Origin: Haliotis rubra
Lineage: Eukaryota
NCBI RefSeq assembly: GCF_003918875.1
Contig: NW_025765447.1
Span: 682,001 to 746,000 of the forward strand
Length of the DNA stretch: 64,000 nt
Direction of reading: 5' to 3'
The position numbers were made by a program, and so were the translations under genes. This document shows, piece after piece, positions 40,201 through 50,400 of the stretch. Every line of letters begins with the position of its first letter. Position 1 is the stretch's first letter. Below the pieces are notes generated by a model, which had not been told where the DNA came from, did no database searches, and saw only the letters and a list, made by a program, of their open reading frames with translations.

Positions 40201-41278
40201 CTTTATGACTTCCCAATATCCTACGTCAGCACTTTTCTACATCCTTCCCCTACAATCTCCATTGGAAATCCAGTGTCATGAGAACATTGTCAAAATATTC
40301 CGTGATCTGTCCCAGAACCTCCTTTATAACTTCCCAATACCCTACATCAGCACTTTTCTACATCCTTCCCCTACAATCTCCATTGGAAATCCAGTGTGAC
40401 TGGTAACCTTCTCGCGCCTTACAGGCAACTTGGGTGAACCAGGGTAATAATCTCTGCGCTTTGCAGGGACCGTTCATAATTTATGACTAGGGTGGGTAAT
40501 GATGATTTTTATGGAGAAGCATCTACAATGTGACTGACCCCGTCTAAAGTGTATGTACAAAGTAAGTGACACCCCCACCCACACACCAACCCCACCCACC
40601 CACCCTGCATGTCATGTACAAATACATAGAACCCCCTTCCCATAATTTCCCAGTTTTTAGCATGTATTTCAATATTCTTATGTACAAAATTGATGACCCC
40701 CAACTCCCCAGAACAAAATGGGTGAACCCCTTAAAATCATCATTTCTTCTTTCTCTCTCCCCCCATAAATTATGAACGCACCCTTAACACCACTGATCAT
40801 CAATGAAGCAGATATTTGGCACTCTTTTAAAGTATAATATTTTGTATAGATACCTTTCCCATTTTTCATTTGCTGAGATCATTTTCTGAATGAAGGTGGG
40901 TAAGGAACAAAACCCAACCCTGAAAAGACATTTTATTCATTTTAATGTGGACAAAGTTGGCTCTCTGTCGGCCTCTCCAAACCCTCCACTGAGGTGTTGT
41001 CAAATCTTTATCCAGTTGTTTTGTGTCAGAGTGAAAGATCTGATATCGATGAGATTGAGCAGCAAGTTCACTCACTACTCAAACAGTCATAGTGAGGTGT
41101 GTGGTCCAGCCACTATGCTTGATGTTGGTGTTGACCACCTTTCTGATTGTGTTCCCAGGATGGCAGGCCACACCTTCTGCCTCTGATGTACGCACGGCTT
41201 CACCTGATAAGGGCTGCTCACCAAGTGATCAAGAACGGTCTTAACCTGATGGGAATACAGCCTTTCTCACAGCTATAA
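25027..41278 (+). CDS. DALRD3: DALR anticodon-binding domain-containing protein 3, 12 coding exons, about 572 aa
   Basis: Phase-consistent GT-AG exons: 25027-25215, 25942-26264, 28045-28364, 30717-30787, 31565-31749, 32153-32211, 34113-34195, 37175-37298, 38343-38401, 38602-38718, 39652-39720, 41159-41278 (1719 nt). Motifs GYDKNL, QQQTDLLWR, FEML, GAFVMYNCARL, GIYPPLP, EWELLFNYI, SSYYSRVHILG, RPHLLPLMYARL match DALRD3. Confidence 0.92.
25942..26264 (+). CDS. DALRD3: DALRD3 exon 2
   Basis: ttcttccag acceptor; TPSVLL...HLRYLIVLQHVKHLLSANG; gtaag donor. Confidence 0.85.
26676..27587. mobile_element. Non-autonomous element: long hairpin plus offset inverted repeat
   Basis: Palindrome 26676-26854, followed by ttctaagatgcc (26854-26865) whose complement is at 27576-27587. 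Confidence 0.55.
28045..28364 (+). CDS. DALRD3: DALRD3 exon 3
   Basis: ttcacag acceptor; YLSHQV...GYDKNLSLVD; gtgagt donor. Confidence 0.88.
29868..30150. mobile_element. hAT-like MITE
   Basis: TAGAGGTGTGA / TCACAGCTCTA termini, 8-bp TSD agtattga / agtattaa, internal ATCGATA-type repeats. Confidence 0.7.
30556..30704 (+). mobile_element. SINE family A copy abutting the DALRD3 exon 4 acceptor
   Basis: ggggtagcctagtggttaaag head and shared tail. Confidence 0.85.
30717..30787 (+). CDS. DALRD3: DALRD3 exon 4
   Basis: ctcctgcag acceptor; VCHEDGPTDNVLHISRLQEFVSQK; gtaaag donor; bridges phase 1 to phase 0. Confidence 0.75.
31565..31749 (+). CDS. DALRD3: DALRD3 exon 5
   Basis: MESAVQMIHLV...QQQTDLLWRIA...QEFI; gtaagt donor. 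Confidence 0.9.
32153..32211 (+). CDS. DALRD3: DALRD3 exon 6
   Basis: tttttag acceptor; LRLDQMREASIMKYGDEVQ; gtaag donor. Confidence 0.88.
32518..34035. repeat. Compound ATGTCC/CTTAAC minisatellite
   Basis: Direct reading; interrupted by a SINE C copy. Confidence 0.92.
32968..33283 (+). mobile_element. SINE family C, 5'-truncated, inserted in a minisatellite
   Basis: Highly similar to the reverse complement of 37313-37620; (CACCT)n tail. Confidence 0.85.
34113..34195 (+). CDS. DALRD3: DALRD3 exon 7
   Basis: GEGWETTLSGMSSASIAFEMLTTASRNS; gtaag donor. Confidence 0.88.
34374..35848. mobile_element. PIF/Harbinger-like MITE interrupted by a Penelope-like fragment
   Basis: TIR GGCAGCCatcaca / tgtgaaGGCTGCC with TAA TSD (34371-34373, 35849-35851). 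Confidence 0.65.
34685..35650 (-). mobile_element. Penelope-like retroelement 3' remnant (GIY-YIG endonuclease)
   Basis: ORF 35171-35605 encodes KGVVYNISC..NYIGETSRPLNIRIKE..SAIPEH..RKLTEALHI. Terminal sequence cagtagtacaataaagaagttgatca is present in both orientations (about 34684-34709 and 35569-35594). Confidence 0.85.
35970..37012. mobile_element. Non-autonomous Kolobok-like DNA transposon
   Basis: 14-bp TIR AGGTCACATGCAAC / GTTGCATGTGACCT, TTAA on both sides, purine-purine termini. Confidence 0.75.
37175..37298 (+). CDS. DALRD3: DALRD3 exon 8
   Basis: VKLDL...GAFVMYNCARLSTLF...VKK; gttcag donor. Confidence 0.9.
37313..37657 (-). mobile_element. tRNA-derived SINE family C, full length
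   Basis: Head GCCTCCGTGGTGTAGTGGTTAGAGCG...GGTTCGATCCCC; perfect 15-bp TSD GGTTCAGATGTTGTG (37298-37312, 37658-37672). Confidence 0.9.
37883..38108. mobile_element. MITE (CAGTGTATGAAATA TIR), copy 1
   Basis: TIRs present; homologous to 41488-41670 in the opposite orientation. Confidence 0.75.
38343..38401 (+). CDS. DALRD3: DALRD3 exon 9
   Basis: GIYPPLPSIEDVTFEHLKQE; gtgagt donor. Confidence 0.9.
38602..38718 (+). CDS. DALRD3: DALRD3 exon 10
   Basis: EEWELLFNYIYPYPDVV...IHTHK; gtac donor. Confidence 0.9.
38972..39293. mobile_element. MITE with 15-bp TIR and 6-bp TSD
   Basis: CAGGGCTCCAGATAA / TTATCTGGAGCCCTG flanked by aatatg on both sides. Confidence 0.8.
39652..39720 (+). CDS. DALRD3: DALRD3 exon 11
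   Basis: ISNFLISFSRCLSSYYSRVHILG; gtgagt donor. Confidence 0.92.
40035..40397. repeat. Three tandem copies of a 121-bp unit
   Basis: Units start at 40035, 40156 and 40277. Confidence 0.92.
40465..40784. mobile_element. MITE, probably PIF/Harbinger-like
   Basis: TIR agggaccgttcataatttatg / cataaattatgaacgcaccct. Confidence 0.6.
41159..41278 (+). CDS. DALRD3: DALRD3 exon 12 (terminal)
   Basis: DGRPHLLPLMYARLHLIRAAHQVIKNGLNLMGIQPFSQL then TAA. Confidence 0.92.
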   Translation, partial: DGRPHLLPLMYARLHLIRAAHQVIKNGLNLMGIQPFSQL

Positions 41279-41487
41279 CAACATTGGATAATATTTATTC
41301 ATATGTCAGTTGTAAGTTCAATATCACACACTGGGACTCCCCCCGAGAGAACTGGCGAGCAACCCATGCTTGTTTGAAGAGACGACAAGCGGGATTGGTG
41401 GTCAGACGTGCTGGTATTTACAGACTGAAGTCGTTCAGCTGGAATAATACTGATTGTGGTTTTAAACCCAACAATATGTTCTGTTAT

Positions 41488-41670
41488 CAGTGTATGAAAT
41501 AAGCCCAAAACCCAGCCAGACATCAGGGCTGGTAACTTCAAAATGTTACCAGCCCAAAATGGATTAAATCAGACCAAATATGGTGAATATACTCAGATAT
41601 ATGGAACATCTACAATTTTTACCAGACAATCGGGCTGGCTAGACCGTCTCGGACCTTATTTCATATACTG
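41488..41670. mobile_element. MITE (CAGTGTATGAAATA TIR), copy 2, in the probable DALRD3 3' UTR
   Basis: TIRs present; flanks ctgttat / ctgttaa. Confidence 0.75.
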
Positions 41671-43189
41671 CTGTTAACATTGCAGAGTTGACATCTACGG
41701 GTCTGATATTACTTAATTGTACTGGATATAGAATGCATGGTGTATAATTCAGAATATTGAACTGCCAGGCTTAAGACACCATATGCCCATGGTTTATAGT
41801 GGCATAGAGGGAGAAGGTTATTTGATGTAGATATATTTAATACAGGTTTCATGGAAGTGTTTTGGACTTTCAGTTTGTGTTACAGAGACTGTTTTCAGCC
41901 AAGTAATGTTTTGATAACATTTTGATAACATTTTCAGTGTATACTTTGTTTTGCCTGGCAGTTTAGGTTACTTTGTGGTGCCATCAAAACTTGTTCTATC
42001 CAGAGTCGTGGCAATTACTTTTGTCAGATATTAAAACATATTAAACATTGATAAATGTCTTACTTATTTAATTGATTACTAAAACTGTATATATCAACCA
42101 TTTGGAAGGAAATTGTGGGATGTCTGAAGTCAGGTACACCAGAAAGCGACCTTGGCACTCAGCTGGAAGGGTGTTACTGACTGGTTTAAAGTTTCTAGCT
42201 GTCCAAGGAAATGGTTGGTTCTTGGTGCCACATCATTCTGAGGGTTGGAATGGAAGTGGAAGAGTGACAAGTCTGATATTAAGACAGAGATGCAGATGGA
42301 AATTTATACCTTTAAGGGTACAGCTCGGATACAAATACTGTAAACATTTATGGCTAAATACTTAAGCGAACTGATAGACATAACGAACCAGCTTGTGTAC
42401 TAATCAAGAGTTGAGTCTCGCTTAAAGCACTCACTATATGTTACGTATATACATATGGTTACATCCAAGATGAATTTCTCCACAAACTTTGCAGAATCAA
42501 CTGCAAACCTTATGCATATGAATTGCACGAGGATCATGCATCAAATTGCTGAAAAGCATGTGCAAATATCGTGCATAAGAACAGCTGCGTTTTGGTGTAA
42601 AGTTTTATTAAGAATTCACCAATTTTCAGTGAGTTTCATCATTTATTGAACTCATGACAATAATCTTTTCACTGTTACAAATTTGTTTTACAATACATCA
42701 GTTCATGTGTTCATGTGTAACAGTACATTTAAACAGTATGGAATATTTCCCAAATCTAGCTTAGAACAGTTGACTGAGGTAGGTGGCTACATTTACACTA
42801 GTGAGTCTAAACTTTCGATGGGTAGTATATTTTTTGTCCTGACCACTTGCTGTATCCTGTCTGTAAAAAACTTTTCATCAAACTAAATTTAGTGGTCCCT
42901 TTGAGTTATAACTGCAGATTACTGTGTTATATTATACCAACTGTCTGTGGTGTAGCAGATAGAGCATCTGACCAGACCTGGGTTTGATTCCCCACATGGG
43001 CACAATGTGTGGCGATGAGATAGCCTGGTCGTGTGAAGCCCATTTCTGGTGTCCCATGATATTGCTGGAATATAATTGCTAAACGTGGCACACATGTCCA
43101 AGTGGCATACATGGTGTTAATCACTGGATTGTGTGGTTCAGACTCGATTATTTACAGACCCTCGCCATATATAAAATATAGGCAAACAA

Positions 43190-43206
43190 CCACACATACA
43201 CGCACG

Positions 43207-43252
<46 letters not shown>
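43190..43252. repeat. (CA)n microsatellite
   Basis: Direct reading. Confidence 0.95.
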
Positions 43253-43256
<4 letters not shown>

Positions 43257-44097
43257 CACAGACACACGATCACACCTCCCAGGCTGTGGACTAATAGTTA
43301 GTCTCAGGAAACATATAGTTCTGATAATAACAAACAGTCCATGAGTCATAGTATAGTATGAACCTGGGAAAATTCTTTCTTCATCTCTCACGTTCCAATA
43401 AAGGCTGGGCTCTCACATTCCAATAAAGGCTGGGTTAAAAATATGCTTCAGGTACCATGAGACAGACTACAAAGACTGTCTCTGTTCTGGAAAGTGTTGT
43501 TTATATCAAAGACAAACTGACACATACATGTTTTGTTAATTTATTTAGATGCATTTTGTGCCATGTTATCCGTGTTGTATTATATACAACAGTTCCAACT
43601 TCTACCTAGTGTGCCTACAGAGCCCGGTGGCAAGTTCTAACTAGGAATCCAGCATACAAATATGTCAGACAGTATTAATGCATTTTCACACCCAGGAATA
43701 TTAACTTTGTACCCTAAAAGTATGTCAAGATACAATAATACATTTATTACTTTATGATTAAACAACTAATTATTTCATTTCCATATTCTTCATTCTTCCA
43801 TGGTCACATCTTGCATCTTACAAATATTTCATAGACATCGCAGTTATCAAATCTTTACCAACCTATCCCCCAGTTCTCTGATGCACATGTTTGAACATAC
43901 ACACATCTAAAATATATATATTAAATTCTACTTACACACCCATCAAAACTATAAAAAAAATTAAATGATACCCAATAAATTCAATTAGATTACAGTTTCT
44001 GGACATAGATAAATATGTTTAAAACAGACCTAAAAATACAATCACGACATTGAAATTCCACCCTAAAACAGCACCAATCCTACACCCACTGGCAAAG

Positions 44098-44319
44098 CTA
44101 GGTTGTAGCCCCGCCCATGTGGTTGTTGCGTGACCTGTAGGAGTGCGGCAACGTGTAGACAGAGAAGGTGAAGGCCGGGGTGAAGGACAGCGTCGAGATG
44201 CTACGATCAACCTGGGGGCGGTTGAGCTTCCGCTTGTGCAGAAAACTCCCAGTGACGAAGTTGCTGGTGAAGAAGTTGGTCATTCGATGTGTTCGGTGAG
44301 ACGGTGACGTCTTCCGATG
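44098..44319 (-). CDS. Orphan gene exon 12 (terminal)
   Basis: tttcttcag acceptor; HRKTSP...LSFTPAFTFSVYTLPHSY...ATT then TAG; minus-strand AATAAA at 43743-43748 and 43540-43545. Confidence 0.75.
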   Translation of the reverse strand, partial: HRKTSPSHRTHRMTNFFTSNFVTGSFLHKRKLNRPQVDRSISTLSFTPAFTFSVYTLPHSYRSRNNHMGGATT

Positions 44320-44466
44320 CTGAAGAAATATAAAGGAAAACGGCTTTTTTACTATTGTGTGATGTTTCAAAACAATGATACCATTTTGAGAGAGATGGCT
44401 CTGCTCTTGGTTAGCATTATGGTTGGATATTGTTCAGCAGTACAACAATCATCATCATCATCACCG

Positions 44467-44499
<33 letters not shown>

Positions 44500-47400
44500 C
44501 ATGTATAATGCATAATGCCCCAGGTTCCAATTCCCCCCGTAAATGCAGGGCGGTAGGGTAGCCAATAAAGCGTCTACTCGTCAACCCGTGACGGTCCGGG
44601 TTAGAATGTGCCTTCAACCTCGCTGGCTTGGTGGACACATGTCATCGTATCCCCATTGCGCAGATCGATGCTCATGCTGTTGATCACTGGATTGTCTGGT
44701 CCAGACTTGATTATTTACAGACCGCCGCCATATAGCTGGAATATTGCTGAATGCGGCGTAAAACTAAACTTACTCACTCACTCTTATACTCGTCACTTTG
44801 AAGACCCTGGTTCGAATCCCCACATGGGCACAATGTGTGAAGCCTATTTCTGGTGTCCCCCATCGTGATATTGCCCGACTATTGCTAAAATAAAACTCAA
44901 TCTCTCACTCACTCACTCCTAGTGAACGCACATTATTATGTTGCTGCTTTATGCGGGGCGACTCAGCGACCTTTACCGCATTACGCATTGCGGTACCATA
45001 GACAACAGGGAACCCATGGGAATATAATCACAGGTCCCAAGCAACATTTGCTGGTTGTAAAGAGCGCCTAAATGGATGTGGTCAACAGCCTCAGTTACTG
45101 GCTCAGTAAAAGCGGATTGACAGACTCGATTATTTACAGAACCCCTGAATTGTGCATCGACAAACGACCGTGAAGATCCAGGTTAGAATTGGTCTTCGGC
45201 AACCCGTGATTGTCGTTAAAGGCGACTAACGGGATCGGGTGGTCAGGCTCACTGACTTGGTTGACGCATGTCATCGTATGCCAAATACGCAGATCGATGC
45301 TCATGATGTTGATCACTGGATTTGTCTGATCCAGACTTGATTTTATATTTACAGACCGTCACATATAACAAGAATATTGTTGCGTTACATCAAAGCAACA
45401 AACAGCATCGTCCAACAAACAAAACGTAATTAGACTTCAAGGCAGCCTAGAAGGTCATACAAGCTGGTCCCAGACACAAAGGTCCAAACACGTGTCCAAG
45501 CCAACAGATTCACAACACTTACTGTTCTCTGGAGGTCAGATTCACTGTCTGGCAGTGTTGCGAGAAGGTCCTTTAGGGTGAAGGTTGGGTTCTCCTCTGT
45601 GTCGTTCTCCCTATCTGTCACTTGACCTGACGAATCTGTAATACCACACAATCATCATCAGGGATGAGGTGGAGCACATGGTCTGAATTATTTCAGGTAC
45701 AATTTGGAAGGTTCATTTTGTTATAATTAGTATTTAACCCCGATATGGTATATCTGTATAGATTTGAAAAACTTCCACATGAGATATTGTTAACAGTTAA
45801 AAATGCATTCCCAACATCGTAAAAATGTATACAAAACATGATGATTGCCTCATATCGTCGAGAGTAGTCCGGATTATGGAGAAAACCGGTTTCCAAAGAG
45901 TCTGGATTTGACAGATTCCACTGTTTTAAATCACGAACGGATGACAAGATAACTGAATCTAGAAGCAACTATTCCAAAACGTACATCTATCCGCAGGCTT
46001 CTTTTGCGCGGATCCAAGTTTCTTCTGACCTTGGACGACCGTACAGAACTTCTCCACACAGGAAGCTTTGGTATGCCTAGGGATAGCTGACTTGAGCTTG
46101 CTCTTGGTAACCTGTGGACGGGAGACCGGACTCTGTCTGGGTGAGGACAACACATACTTCTCGGCCGACAGTTTCAGATCCTTGTTGCTGGGAAAGGAAG
46201 ATGAGTGAGTGAGTGAAAAATATGTAATAGTTCACAAGTATATCATGCTTTAAGTAAGAACCCCTGAAATGGAACGAGTCTCACAGTGCTACATGCTTAA
46301 GTTACCAACCAAGGATTTACTTGTCGAGGATATATAATTGCAACATGCGGCATATCTAGACCCATCTTAACACCCTCACTCACTTGACACTTTTTTCGTT
46401 TACTTAGATATAGGCTCGCGGTGGTTGAAGCGCTAAGATAGCTGAGCACTTTGAAATTGGACTGTCCGCTATGCTTGTCCTAAGGGACGACAGCCAGAAT
46501 GGATGCTGAGGATATCATTTGTCGAGGACTCTTTTTTCACAGGTTGCCGTGATACTGGACTCCTATTTATCGACAGTCTCACTCTCGTGACATTTACATT
46601 GCAATGTTAATTTTTCAGTAAAAACGATTTTTTTTCATTCACGAAAAATTCCAAGCAGCTGCTCCTGAAACACTAATTATTTATGATGGGCCTCAAGAAA
46701 ACATCTGAGCAGGTTCAGGCGTCTCAATGAAACCGGAAGTACCTGTTCTGCTGTAGTATGCCCCTCTTTATCCAGCCAAGCCGCCGCTGCATCTTGCTGA
46801 GACAGGATGTGTTACTGGGGATATGTGACATCCTGTCCGCGCTGCGGGCCAATTCCTCCCTCTGGGTCTTCAGGAGGGGGAGTCGACCTCCTGCGCGAGG
46901 CAGAGCCTGCATGGGATCCATCTTGCTCATCTCTGGAAACAAGCTGATGTTAATCAGGGGGGCAAACAACGTATGTTCTTCACAGATAAGAAGTAGCCTG
47001 TTGCCATTTTAAACGGGACATTTGTCCAACGCTGAGTGACTTTTGTAATCAGAAATAAATGTGTTTAAATTGGGGGAGGAGGTAGCCCAGGGGTTAAAGC
47101 GTTGGCTGCTCGAGCCCAAATGCCCGGGTTCCATTCCCTAAATGGATACTTAATAGGAAGTCCAGTCATGTTGTTTGTGCCATGATACAGTTTCAAAAGT
47201 ATAAAACCAGGAATCGAATATACGATTATGTCACTCTTTGTGTTTCTTTACTGCTGTCCAATTTACATATAATACGAAATTAATAGTTGAGACTAAAGTA
47301 TCAACCCGTTGTGCACTAAGCAACATCCCAGCCATGTCACGGCTCTGTCTGGACAAAACAACCCAGTGATTGATATCATGAGCAACGATCAAACCATCGG

Positions 47401-50400
47401 GGTACGACACCACATCAAGCTATATAACGGCGGTCTGTAAATAATCAAGTCTGGACCACACAAGCCAGTGATTTATACAATGAGAATCTATCTACGCAAT
47501 AGGGAACCGATGACATGTGTCAGCTAAGTCAGCGAGCCTGACCACCCGATCCCATTAGTCGCCTTTTATGGCATGCATGGGTTGCTGAAGACCAATTCTA
47601 ACCTGGATCTTCATGGATTAAGTTGCCTTAGATAGGTTGCTGCAAACGCGGGGAATCGTATATGCAGTGGCACGTAACCGATGGGGCAGTAACAGCTACA
47701 CCAGAGCTCATTTCAGACAAAGATAACAAAGATAAATACAGTAGAACATTCCTAAGCTAACGTAATTCTTATACCTTTTTCCAAAGTCGGTCCTCTGAGA
47801 CTGAGGGACAGCAGACTCTTCTGTGTGCGAGGGTAGTTTTTGGACGGGATGGACGCTACCCTGCTTCGTGCCCTGGCCTGCTCGATGATAGGTTCCGGGC
47901 GTCTGTATTCCATCTCTGGACTACTAGGTTCCTTGGTGGGAGACGGACTCATGTCGTCCATGTCCAAAAAGGTTACGGGTGTGGGGATGATGAAACTCTC
48001 CCTTAAACGGGGCTCTAGTCCATGGGATCCACTGGACCGAGAGGTCAAGCTGCTCTTGCTGGAATCGGAACATGCTTCCGTACTGTCCGGAAATTGGGTC
48101 TCATCTGCTGACGTCGAGTCGGACTGGTCAACAACAGGATCAACCCGAATCTGGACTTTTGTGTCCAATACTTCCTGAGGGTGGGTGTCATCTGTGGATT
48201 TCTGTGCAGCTTTTCTCTCCCGGAACCTAGCCCCATCCCTTCTGTAGTGCTTTCCTTTCTTCAACTCTCTGCCATTCGTCTCTTCCTCTGGAACCGCCGT
48301 GCTCTCGTTTGAGGTGCTAGTGGACGTCTTGCTATCGTAGGTGTGGACTTTCACAGCAACTCTTTTCCGTTTCTTTGGTTTCCGCCTCTTCCATCTGTTG
48401 TAACGCTTGTCCACGATAGGTGCATAGCAGAAGTATTTACCCAAAGGCTTCGGGAGTTCTGAAGCATAGACATGACAGCTTTGGAATACATTTTTACATC
48501 AATATTGACAACCTGGGTCTAGATTTTCGAAGCTCTCTTAGCGCTGAGATAGTCGTAAGTGCCATACATTAACATTAACTTACGACTATCTTAGCGCTAA
48601 GAGAGCTTCGAAAATCTATGCCCAGGACTGGGAAATTCAACTAATGTATCAGGATTTCATAGGAACACCGACACTTTGCTCGTTTCGAACAGCTGAGTAT
48701 GCTGTATATTTCGGATGTTTCTTCAGAACTACTTTTCGTCTTCTATTTACAGGTGATGTATGAGCAGACTTTGTATGTCATGGATGAAGCCACTGTATGA
48801 ATGTATTATCATTGGTAGGTATGACAATTACAATCTTGTTTCAACAGCTACAGTAAACATACGGTTATATCGAACTCAAATGGACCACTAAAGTACTGTC
48901 GGAAATAGAAAAAAATTGTTTTTTCGCATTGATATCTACAATTTATGTAGTTAATATGTGTAAGTGTGAAATGTCTGTTAAACTAAGTTCGGCCTAACTA
49001 CAGTCTCAGTGGTAGGGAGGTAGGAAACGTAGAAAAAGGACTTTACTGAGGAGAGATTAGTGCATAAATGAGAGATGCGGTGATTTCCTAAGTCCAAGGC
49101 GACTTATTTGGAACAGGCCATGGCTTTATGCAAATTAGTGTGCAATGATATTATATTACAAAGGACAATTTTTAAATGTCTACTTTGAAACTAAACTTAG
49201 CTTCATTATAAACGATAGCTGACGTAAAAAATAATAACTTTAAAACTGAAACTATGAAGGATTTAGCTGCCATGGAGTCTCACTATCACTGTAAAAAAAA
49301 CAGGTAGGAGGGGTCGTCTCAAAAGCAAAACCATGACAGGTGTCGCAGACGGTGGTTGGGGTCGGGCTGGGGATAGAGATATAAGCTGAGATACGATAAT
49401 CCTTTAGGGGAATTAAATTGGGAAGCAAACAGCATGTCATAACAATTTACAAATAATATCCAGTCCTGTCGATCTTCGGGTGGTCATGCCACCTTTATAT
49501 TTTGAGACATTTAATACGATGACTGATTTAAGCTTTCCCAAGGGTATCATACCCTTTTACGTATCTCAACATAAACGTTATGATCAATAGATGAGATATA
49601 TTCAACACACATGAAAAAGCATTAAATATCTTTGAGATGACCCCTTGTGCATGTAGGCAGTACGTGCATTTCATGCCAGTTGAGTCGACGGTCCGTCGTC
49701 ATACCTGACTGAGCGACCTAATTGCCATCTATAGTCTGATCTATTGTTTTGATCAGCTATTCGTAAGTTTTGCCCGATTTTACGAGTAAACATGCTTTTC
49801 TGGATATACTATTACCCATTCCACTGAATACCCAGTTAGGCCGATGTGGGTTATTTTGCTATATCCTATTGTAAATTTTTCAATTTCAGGGATACAGAGT
49901 AACAGCCTAAAAACAATTTTTTTTCGATTTCCGACAGTACTTTAGTTTTATTTTGTTTTGTGACCGCAAAATATACAGCAATTGGTCCGAAAAACAAACA
50001 ATTTCGTCTGTCATTTTACTATAATTTTACTATGATCGTAATAAACGCCAGTTACTTTGTCTTTCAGCGAGAATAGTTTCAAGCAGCTTTTAGCAGTATT
50101 CAAACAATATCACGGCAGCCGACACCAGAAATGGACTTAACATCATGCCCGCGAACCCGCGTCTTCGGCGTGACGAGCGAACACTCTAACTCCCTGTCAC
50201 ACACACGCACACGAACACACACGCACATATACATACCGGGATATGGCTGTTCAGTATATCTGCTGTCCATTTCTTGGCGCATTTTCAGGAGAAACTGGGA
50301 ATGAGGATTTTGCAACATCTTATCATGGTCCTCGTCTTCCTCCTCCCCATCATCGTCTTCCTCCTCTTCCTCTTCATTGTACAGCTCAGGCTGTAGCTCT

